From Candidatus Iainarchaeum sp. (GTDB taxonomy: Archaea > Iainarchaeota > Iainarchaeia > Iainarchaeales > VGJJ01), in contig VGJJ01000001.1 of assembly GCA_016867455.1 (NCBI GenBank), positions 3,337 to 67,336 on the forward strand: a stretch of DNA of 64,000 nt, in the 5' to 3' direction. The notes under the pieces are model-generated. The model did no database searches and was not told the DNA's origin. It saw nothing but the letters and a program-made list of their open reading frames with translations. The first letter of the stretch is position 1. Every line of letters starts with the position of its first letter. The position numbers were made by a program, and so were the translations under genes. Below, one piece after another: positions 18,201-24,422 of the stretch.

Positions 18201-18217
18201 GAATCCCTCACTCCGCG
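18201..18217 (+). repeat. Exact 17-nt copy of the tRNA-Ser 3' end (GAATCCCTCACTCCGCG), 120 nt downstream of the gene
   Basis: Identical to 18064..18080, seen directly. It follows an AT-rich palindrome CTTTTTCTCACTCAAAGAAAAAGG (18168-18191). Confidence 0.7.
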
Positions 18218-18253
18218 TCCAATTTACCATCATTTAATGAGACAAAATCAAAA

Positions 18254-18595
18254 CTAATCGTCTTCTACTTCTATTTTTAGTCCGCCCACCATTTTGGCGA
18301 CGGCGTTATACACTAATGCAACGAGTGCGCCGGAAATGAATCCGGTGACAATTCCTAAAACCAAGAAAAATAACAATCCAATGAATCCCAATTGCTGCGT
18401 TTTCTCTATCAAATCAATGGGAGTGCCGGAGAGTGTTTGCAAGTATCCCGATACAATTCCCGATGTGAGTAAGGAAAGTATTCCCATGAGCAGTCCCATC
18501 ACGAATCCAAAGATGGCATTTACTTTTCCCAGCATGAGGGGGTCGACGTGATGGATGGTTAATCGTTTGCTCGTCATGCGCAACACCGCATTCAT
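18254..18595 (-). CDS. Small membrane protein (3 TM), hypothetical
   Basis: Hydrophobic helices with an acidic C-terminus EVEDD. Confidence 0.45.
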   Translation of the reverse strand: MNAVLRMTSKRLTIHHVDPLMLGKVNAIFGFVMGLLMGILSLLTSGIVSGYLQTLSGTPIDLIEKTQQLGFIGLLFFLVLGIVTGFISGALVALVYNAVAKMVGGLKIEVEDD

Positions 18596-18663
18596 TAGTC
18601 CAAAAATCGGGTGTTAATAAAGGTGAGTGCACGTGGGAAAGAATTTCTGTCGAAAACGACTCA

Positions 18664-18990
18664 TTATGCTTCCGCAAAAGCAGAACATTTTTCTAGTTTT
18701 TTCGTGAGTTGAGTGAAGAGCTTTTTGGCATCCTTTTCCACGTTCAGGTTTTTGAACAAAAATCTCCCGGAGGGGTATAAACTCACGCGTATTCCTTGGA
18801 AATGAAACACTAATACAAAAGCCGTTTTCACATCAAACATTAATCCTTCGTCCGCAAGTTGATTCCCCAATGTTGTGAGATTTAGTTTCAAGTTTGGTTG
18901 CGTGAAAAATTCGTATGAGACGTTGGATTCGCATAGCCTTCCTTGGTAGTATTTTCGAGACATTTTTTCACGACACTGATTATTTTTCAA
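18664..18990 (-). CDS. Small hypothetical protein, 18 nt downstream of the large ATPase gene on the same strand
   Basis: ORF with a basic, helical C-terminus. No motif recognised. Confidence 0.4.
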   Translation of the reverse strand: MKNNQCREKMSRKYYQGRLCESNVSYEFFTQPNLKLNLTTLGNQLADEGLMFDVKTAFVLVFHFQGIRVSLYPSGRFLFKNLNVEKDAKKLFTQLTKKLEKCSAFAEA

Positions 18991-19008
18991 TGAATTTTTG
19001 CAACACGA

Positions 19009-22000
19009 TTATTCATTCAGAATAGTTCCCGTGTATCCGTCCATTTTCACGATGCGGTGTTCGCCCGTTTTCGTGTTAATTAATAATCCTTCAAACAAGG
19101 GTCGATAAATTTCTTTCACGGTATTCACCACTACATTCGGCCACAAATTAGTAAGGAGTGCGTGGAGTTGTTCTTCGGAATATTTTGGAATGGATTTGGC
19201 AATGTTTGTCACGTGCACGAGTTTGAGTGCTTGCAATGAAGATAATTGCTTCTCCCCTCCCGAGAAGGGGATGTCCAAGTCCTTTGCAATGACAAATGTG
19301 GGGAGCGTGTTTTCGTTCAACACGCGAATCATTCCTCGATCACGCAGTTTGACGAGAGAGCGCTTCACGGTCTTTTCATCTAGTCCTGTTTTCTTTTGGA
19401 GGTTGGCAATGGTTTGTCCCCCCATGCGTATCATGCGTAAAACGTGCTGGTCATTCGTGGAGAGTCCGGCCAGTGCTTGCAACCCATTCGATGTCACGAA
19501 TTGGTTGTTCAAGTAATGCAAAAATTCTCCTTTTTCGGCGTCAATGAAGCATTCTCGTACGACATAGGATGTTTTTCCGGTGAATTGCCGGTATTGGACT
19601 TTCCATATGGGAACATACGATAGAGTGACTTCTTTGAGTTGCTCGGCGGGTTTTCCTATTCCTAATAATGTTTTTTTGCTTGCTTTCAAAAATCGTTGAA
19701 CGATTTCCTCACGTGAATACGGAACGGGGAATGCGGACAAGTCCGTGTCCTCATTTATAGAGGGAAGTTCGACGAGTTTAGCGAGGTTTTCAACTTTTTG
19801 CACCGCGGCTAACTCGGCTTCGGGCAATGGTTGAGTGTGCTTATCTTTTTCTTTTTTGGAAATGACTTCCACAAAGTTGGGGGATTTTACGGCTTCTGTT
19901 TTCGGGTCGATGCGTGCTCCGCGTGCTTCCATTTCGTCTAATATACTAGATAGGAGCATTTTTTGTCCGTATTTTTGGTTGAGCATTCCCATGACTTGTT
20001 CAATCGTTTCCTTATCTAACATTCCTTCTTTTTCTAATTTGGACATGAGTAAGGATACACACAGCATGCGGGCTTCTTTTTCGCTCATGGATTTTTTACG
20101 CTCTCCCGTTTCCGCATCCCTTCCTTCGTGTTGGGACATGCGTGGACGAATTTTGAGTACGAATGCGCGGTTGGTTTCCTCGCGGCGGTCTCCCACGAGA
20201 GCCGTTCCCACGGGGAGCGTTTTCAAAAAGTGGGGGTGTTTGTATTTCATGGGAATAATGGTTGGCGTGCGTTTGGTTACGGCTTTAATGTCATCATCAA
20301 AAATGAGTTTGTGCGAGAGAATAATATCCAATTGACTCAAAACACGGGTGTCAATCGCGGATGGTTGCTGCGTGGCAAACACGAGTGAACAGCCTGGTCG
20401 GCGTCCCTGCTTTACGTATTCAACAATTGCTGTCGTCGCAGGAGTAGAAACATTCCCCCCCGGAATGAGGGTGTGGGCTTCATCAATGAACAACCACGTG
20501 GGAGGGATTTCGTTTTCCATGAGACTCTCAACGGATTTTTCCATGGGTTCGTTCGCGGCTTCTTTGCGTGTTTGAATTTTTCGCGCCGCCAAAAGTCTTC
20601 GTGCGAGAATTCCAATAACGAGTGCAGTCACCGTGTCATCCAAAAAACTCGTGTCAATAACCGTGAGTTGTCCCGCGCGGGATATTTCACTTAATGGGGT
20701 TCCTTTGTCAGAGAATATTCCCCATCCCTTGGCGGCTTCAAATCGTGAAACGAGGGCGCGCACACTGTCTGTTTTGTATCCTTTTTCTTTGGAATTTAAT
20801 TCGGTATCATTTTCTAAGCACGCAACGAGTTCGTTGAGCGTGTACGCGTCTTTTTTTCCTTTGATGGTTTCTCCGCCAGTACTGCGATATCCTTTTTCTA
20901 ATTTCTTGAGGGCTTTTTCTAATAGTAATCCCGTGGGAGAGAATCGTTCAATTCCAAATGTTAGACACCAATCCTCACTCGTGAGTAGTGAAGGGGGAAC
21001 GGAGAATAATGCATCATACGTTGAGCGGGGGGTTTCGCTTTTCATTCCTTCGGGGATGAACACGCGCATGTTTTCTAACCCTTGCGGCATGAGTTCATAG
21101 TGCGGGAGTTCTTTCACTTCTTTTTCTTCCTTGTTGGGATAGCGCATGGACCAGAATACTCCCACGGGGTCAACCACTACAATTCCCACGTTCGTGTTGT
21201 GCAATGCTAATTCTTCCGCGAGCACTCCTAACAAGTATGATTTTCCGCTTCCGCGTGAACCGCATGTGAAAATAACATGTGGGTTGAGTGAGTCCACGTA
21301 CAATTTGAAGGCGCGATAACGCTCATCATCTTGTACTTTTCCCACGTACAACGCGCCATCCAATCCTGATTTTTGCATGACGCTGCGTTTTCGTCCAATG
21401 AAAATGGCTTTCTTTTTTTCATCTTCTAATAAGGATAATTTGAGCACGCTCGCGGGTTCCTCTAATGCATGTCCTCTTGTTTTGAGTAAAATGTTTTGTT
21501 TGATTTGTTCACGTGAAACCGCATGCTCATCCACTCCCTCCACGGGTTCAATGGGTGGACGCTCAACGAGAGTATGTTTGGCAGAAACTCCTTCGGAATG
21601 AATTCCTTCTTCTTGGATCCCATGTTCAAACAAAAAATCATCTTCATCCATGGGGGGCATTTCTCCTTCTTCTACGGACGAGGAATGAGCCGAGGCGCGC
21701 GTATCTTCGTGTGAGTGTGTTTCCATTTCTTCTTCGCTTTCACTTGTTGCGCGTCCTTTCTTTTTGCGCAAGGGAATCATGCGTGAATTTTCTTCCGTGT
21801 CGGCAGACAAATCATCGTCCAAATTTGTGCGTTTTTCTTCGTCGTTGTTTGGTGGAGTTTCTTCCCCTTTTTCTTCAGCATCCCCTTCGCGCTCCACATC
21901 TTGCATAATCTTATCAAAGGGGTCCTGGTGCCCTTTTTCCACGTGAACACGGGGCTTTTTTTCTTCACTCATGGGTGGAACTACGTTTTTGGACTTATAA

Positions 22001-22065
22001 TCCTTGTCCACCCCTCCCAACACCCATAAAAACAAGGAATGGGTTCCTTTCTCGTGAAAAAGCAC
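19009..22065 (-). CDS. Very large HerA/FtsK-superfamily (DUF87-type) P-loop ATPase with acidic N-terminal region and C-terminal winged-helix-like domain
   Basis: Walker A FTCGSRGSGKSY. Walker B LFIDEAH. FtsK/HerA/VirB4-type motif LVFATQQPSAID. About 230-aa acidic, low-complexity N-terminus. C-terminal LRMIRMGGQTIANLQKKTGL...LVKLRDRGMI resembles a wHTH fold. Confidence 0.75.
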   Translation of the reverse strand: MLFHEKGTHSLFLWVLGGVDKDYKSKNVVPPMSEEKKPRVHVEKGHQDPFDKIMQDVEREGDAEEKGEETPPNNDEEKRTNLDDDLSADTEENSRMIPLRKKKGRATSESEEEMETHSHEDTRASAHSSSVEEGEMPPMDEDDFLFEHGIQEEGIHSEGVSAKHTLVERPPIEPVEGVDEHAVSREQIKQNILLKTRGHALEEPASVLKLSLLEDEKKKAIFIGRKRSVMQKSGLDGALYVGKVQDDERYRAFKLYVDSLNPHVIFTCGSRGSGKSYLLGVLAEELALHNTNVGIVVVDPVGVFWSMRYPNKEEKEVKELPHYELMPQGLENMRVFIPEGMKSETPRSTYDALFSVPPSLLTSEDWCLTFGIERFSPTGLLLEKALKKLEKGYRSTGGETIKGKKDAYTLNELVACLENDTELNSKEKGYKTDSVRALVSRFEAAKGWGIFSDKGTPLSEISRAGQLTVIDTSFLDDTVTALVIGILARRLLAARKIQTRKEAANEPMEKSVESLMENEIPPTWLFIDEAHTLIPGGNVSTPATTAIVEYVKQGRRPGCSLVFATQQPSAIDTRVLSQLDIILSHKLIFDDDIKAVTKRTPTIIPMKYKHPHFLKTLPVGTALVGDRREETNRAFVLKIRPRMSQHEGRDAETGERKKSMSEKEARMLCVSLLMSKLEKEGMLDKETIEQVMGMLNQKYGQKMLLSSILDEMEARGARIDPKTEAVKSPNFVEVISKKEKDKHTQPLPEAELAAVQKVENLAKLVELPSINEDTDLSAFPVPYSREEIVQRFLKASKKTLLGIGKPAEQLKEVTLSYVPIWKVQYRQFTGKTSYVVRECFIDAEKGEFLHYLNNQFVTSNGLQALAGLSTNDQHVLRMIRMGGQTIANLQKKTGLDEKTVKRSLVKLRDRGMIRVLNENTLPTFVIAKDLDIPFSGGEKQLSSLQALKLVHVTNIAKSIPKYSEEQLHALLTNLWPNVVVNTVKEIYRPLFEGLLINTKTGEHRIVKMDGYTGTILNE

Positions 22066-22140
22066 CCCAGACCCTCATCACAATCCCCTCGTGCGTCCCC
22101 CGCACATGCTCATACGACTGCGCATCACACGCATTCTCCC

Positions 22141-22518
22141 ATGTTTTATGCGTGGGAATTGATTACACTATCCTGCGTCTTCTTTGTTGCCGAAGCATTT
22201 TTTGGACACCCCTTCATTCACGTGGATACGGAAACCGAACACATCCTCGAACTCGCCGTGGAAGGGGCGGAAGTCATTCTCATTGCCGAAGTCGCATTAT
22301 TATTAATCGTCGCACGCGACAAAGTTTCTCATATCAAACGAAATTGGTGCAATATCCTCGCGGTTGCTCCCGCGGGGGGAAGTTTACGCATAGTTACCAT
22401 CATTAAAATTACCTGGCACGCTTTTGAAAAAACACGATTGGGTCACTTTTTCAAACACCCCATTCAATACTCGCGGCGCTGGATACGGGTAAAATTAGGC
22501 CTCCGTCCCCTGGCTTGA
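22141..22518 (+). CDS. Possible small membrane protein (low confidence), divergent from the ATPase gene
   Basis: The only clean ORF in a ~470-nt gap. Two predicted hydrophobic helices. No homology recognised, and it could be non-coding. Confidence 0.25.
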   Translation: MFYAWELITLSCVFFVAEAFFGHPFIHVDTETEHILELAVEGAEVILIAEVALLLIVARDKVSHIKRNWCNILAVAPAGGSLRIVTIIKITWHAFEKTRLGHFFKHPIQYSRRWIRVKLGLRPLA

Positions 22519-22554
22519 ACCGTTTTTAAACGCACCCACTCAAGAATGATATAC

Positions 22555-22625
22555 CAGGCCAGTTTCGGCTGGCCGCAGCGAGAGACTACTTATAAGGGAT
22601 TGCACGCAATCCCTTGAGGTAGGCT
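22555..22625 (+). ncRNA. Two-hairpin sRNA-like element 'B' (GGCCAG-TTTCGG-CTGGCC; AAGGGATTGCACGCAATCCCTT; T4 tail)
   Basis: Same architecture as element A, with compensatory changes in the stems. Confidence 0.3.
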
Positions 22626-22652
22626 TTTGATCAAACTTTTTCAAAAAGTTTG
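22625..22652. terminator. GATC palindrome TTTTGATCAAACTTTTTCAAAAAGTTTG abutting the tRNA-Ala 5' end
   Basis: Perfect 10-bp arms CAAACTTTTT / AAAAAGTTTG. The last G is nucleotide 1 of the tRNA. Confidence 0.45.
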
Positions 22653-22723
22653 GGCAAGTAGCGCAACGGTAGCGCGTCCGCTTCGCATGCGGGAGGCTGG
22701 GGGTTCGAATCCCCCCTTGTCCA
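22652..22723 (+). tRNA. tRNA-Ala (anticodon CGC) with the G3:U70 identity pair
   Basis: Acceptor GGGCAAG/CTTGTCC (position 3 G pairs with T). D-arm GCGC-AACGGTA-GCGC. Anticodon loop TTCGCAT. T-arm GGGGG-TTCGAAT-CCCCC. Discriminator A. No encoded CCA. Confidence 0.85.
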
Positions 22724-22832
22724 TCGCCCATTCCGTAGGGCGAATCCGGTATAGTGGGATAGCAGAGCTATCCCACGTCTTTTGATCAAACTTTTAGAAA
22801 AAGTTTGTTTGATTTCCCCCTTGTCCATGGCC
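22712..22832 (+). repeat. 121-nt direct repeat, copy 1: tRNA-Ala 3' end + conserved two-hairpin trailer + GATC palindrome + second copy of the tRNA 3' end CCCCCTTGTCCA
   Basis: Identical to 23001..23121, compared base by base. Internal hairpins CGCCC-ATTCCGTA-GGGCG and GTGGGATAGC-AGAG-CTATCCCAC. Confidence 0.8.
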
Positions 22833-22870
22833 TGTTTCGGAACCCTTTAGTAAAGGGTTCATCGAAATTT
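22828..22870 (+). ncRNA. Two-hairpin sRNA-like element 'E' (degenerate first hairpin; AACCCTT-TAGTA-AAGGGTT; T4 tail)
   Basis: It follows the second copy of the tRNA-Ala 3' end and is followed by the palindrome at 22868-22895. Confidence 0.25.
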
Positions 22871-22894
22871 TGATCGAACTTTTTTCAAAAGTTC

Positions 22895-22950
22895 GGCAGG
22901 CCGCCTCGAGAAACGGGTTATCGTTTCACGATAACCCCTATTTTTCTTTT
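22895..22950 (+). ncRNA. Two-hairpin sRNA-like element 'C' (GGCAGGCCGCC...; GGGTTATCG-TTTCA-CGATAACCC; T5 tail)
   Basis: Same family. Followed by the palindrome CTTTTCTTTTATCAAAAGAAAAGG (22963-22986). Confidence 0.25.
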
Positions 22951-23000
22951 GACTCCGAATTACTTTTCTTTTATCAAAAGAAAAGGAACTCTTCTGATTT

Positions 23001-23121
23001 CCCCCTTGTCCATCGCCCATTCCGTAGGGCGAATCCGGTATAGTGGGATAGCAGAGCTATCCCACGTCTTTTGATCAAACTTTTAGAAAAAGTTTGTTTG
23101 ATTTCCCCCTTGTCCATGGCC
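23001..23121 (+). repeat. 121-nt direct repeat, copy 2 (lacks the 5' two-thirds of the tRNA)
   Basis: Identical to 22712..22832. Preceded by CTTCTGA, as is the tRNA-Ser 3' copy. Confidence 0.8.
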
Positions 23122-23183
23122 GCTAACCTGCGGCCGTGCGGAAGTTAGGGAAACATGAATGTTCCCTAGACAAACTATTTTTC
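23118..23183 (+). ncRNA. Two-hairpin sRNA-like element 'D' (GGCCGC-TAACCT-GCGGCC; AGGGAAACAT-GAA-TGTTCCCT; ACA; T5 tail)
   Basis: Closest relative of element A: same TAACCT loop, and an ACA triplet after hairpin 2. Confidence 0.3.
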
Positions 23184-23199
23184 GCCAACCATTTTTATA

Positions 23200-23778
23200 G
23201 TGCAATTCACTCGTACACGCATGCATTTCCCTATTCGCTTGCTCATTGGTCTTGTTTTCTTGGTGATGATTTCACCAACGATTTTTGCGGCAGATGTTTA
23301 CATTCTTCGCGCTATCACAGTCCCCCAAACGTATTTGACGGGATATGTGGATGTGGAGATTACGATTGAAAATGTGCAATTCAATCAACAAGGATATGGT
23401 GCTGCATCCTCGGGCAATCAATTGATCCATACCTCGATTCGAAATGACAAAGGGCAATTTCTCCCAGGTTTTGATGACTATCAAACATCTATCCCATTGC
23501 CCGCCGCAATAAATGTGATCAACGTGACAATTCCCCAATCTTCATTGAACGCGGGGGAAATATACACTATTCAAGCGAGTATTGATCCATACAATCCAAA
23601 TGGAACAACATACGATGAAACCACTAAAGGAAATAATTCCGCACGCAAGACATTTACCGTATTAAAAGCTCCGCAAACGTATCAAGTTCCCGACATGCCA
23701 TTCGAATTATCCTTCGCGGGCATGTTGCTCGTGTTGAGCGGATTATTTTATTATGGTCGAGTGAAAAAAAATAATTAA
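23200..23778 (+). CDS. Secreted protein with signal peptide and C-terminal TM anchor plus basic tail
   Basis: Signal peptide MHFPIRLLIGLVFLVMISPTIFA. C-terminal FAGMLLVLSGLFYYGRVKKNN. Several N-x-S/T sequons. Confidence 0.55.
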   Translation: MQFTRTRMHFPIRLLIGLVFLVMISPTIFAADVYILRAITVPQTYLTGYVDVEITIENVQFNQQGYGAASSGNQLIHTSIRNDKGQFLPGFDDYQTSIPLPAAINVINVTIPQSSLNAGEIYTIQASIDPYNPNGTTYDETTKGNNSARKTFTVLKAPQTYQVPDMPFELSFAGMLLVLSGLFYYGRVKKNN

Positions 23779-23832
23779 TTATCTCGACCAAGCAAAATTA
23801 AACTAACTAATTTTCTTGCCGGTTCTGCCAAA

Positions 23833-23861
23833 CAAACTTTTTAGAAAAAGTTTGATCAAAA
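23833..23861. terminator. GATC palindrome in reverse orientation (CAAACTTTTTAGAAAAAGTTTGATCAAAAA) at the 3' ends of convergent genes (secreted protein and ferredoxin)
   Basis: Perfect inverted repeat with flanking T- and A-runs. It lies between convergent genes. Confidence 0.45.
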
Positions 23862-23864
23862 ATA

Positions 23865-24143
23865 CTAAATAATTTTCTTGCCAGTTTTGTCAAACAAGTG
23901 AATCACATTCACGGGGCAAGAGTCCGCGGCTTCCTTGTTGGGAGTATACTGTGCTTGGGCAATGTCTCTTTGTTCACCATCTTCTCCGCTTTCGAGTTTG
24001 ATGTGAATGGATCCCTTCAAGTTGCTCTTTCCATCCACGGGGGACATTTCCCAATAATCCGGTGCCACGGCTGCGCAGGCCCCGCATCCAATACAATTGG
24101 GTCGGTCGTGTTTGATTTGATAGTCGGGCATAGGATATTCCAC
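23865..24143 (-). CDS. Small [4Fe-4S] ferredoxin
   Basis: CIGCGACAAVAP...CPV cluster-binding pattern (CxxCxxC...CP). 92 aa. Confidence 0.7.
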   Translation of the reverse strand: MEYPMPDYQIKHDRPNCIGCGACAAVAPDYWEMSPVDGKSNLKGSIHIKLESGEDGEQRDIAQAQYTPNKEAADSCPVNVIHLFDKTGKKII

Positions 24144-24290
24144 CTCAATTCGGAATGGTTATACTAAAAACGCGCAAAAAGTAATTTTAAAGGTATAGGA
24201 ACAAATCACGAAAATCCCTCCCATTAGCGAAATTACGGGCGTTTATGTTTTCAGTTTATAACGGTTTTCCGACCGTGATTGTAGTGAAAT

Positions 24291-24363
24291 AGCCCCATCG
24301 TCTAGTGGTCAAGGATATGGGACTCTGACTCCCAGGACCTGCGTTCGAATCGCAGTGGGGCTA
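24291..24363 (+). tRNA. tRNA-Gln (anticodon CTG)
   Basis: Acceptor AGCCCCA/TGGGGCT. Anticodon stem TGGGA/TCCCA with loop CTCTGAC. T-arm CTGCG-TTCGAAT-CGCAG. Discriminator A. T-tract immediately downstream. Confidence 0.8.
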
Positions 24364-24422
24364 TTTTTATTTTCACGCCACCCATTAAATACTAGAAAAT
24401 CGTTAATCACGTCCGGATACGC

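Noticed and set aside
21975-22140. Plus-strand ORFs 21975..22406 and 22039..22518 as long proteins
   Set aside because: Their 5' parts overlap the start of the ATPase gene and are compositionally odd. Only the distal hydrophobic part (22141..22518) is retained as a low-confidence candidate.
22724-22780. C/D-box or canonical H/ACA sRNA identity for the tRNA trailers and two-hairpin elements
   Set aside because: No RUGAUGA C box was found. ACA triplets follow only two of five elements. Family assignment is therefore left open.
22712-23121. Split or trans-spliced tRNA halves (Nanoarchaeum-type) as an explanation for the extra tRNA 3' ends
   Set aside because: The extra copies carry only the 3' strand of the T-stem plus the acceptor. 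There is no T-loop or 5' T-stem strand and no matching orphan 5' half with a complementary leader anywhere in the window.
22540-23190. Possible CRISPR array, given the many short repeats
   Set aside because: The repeats have heterogeneous lengths (12, 17 and 121 nt and palindromes). Spacing is irregular, there are no uniform repeat-spacer units and no cas genes nearby.
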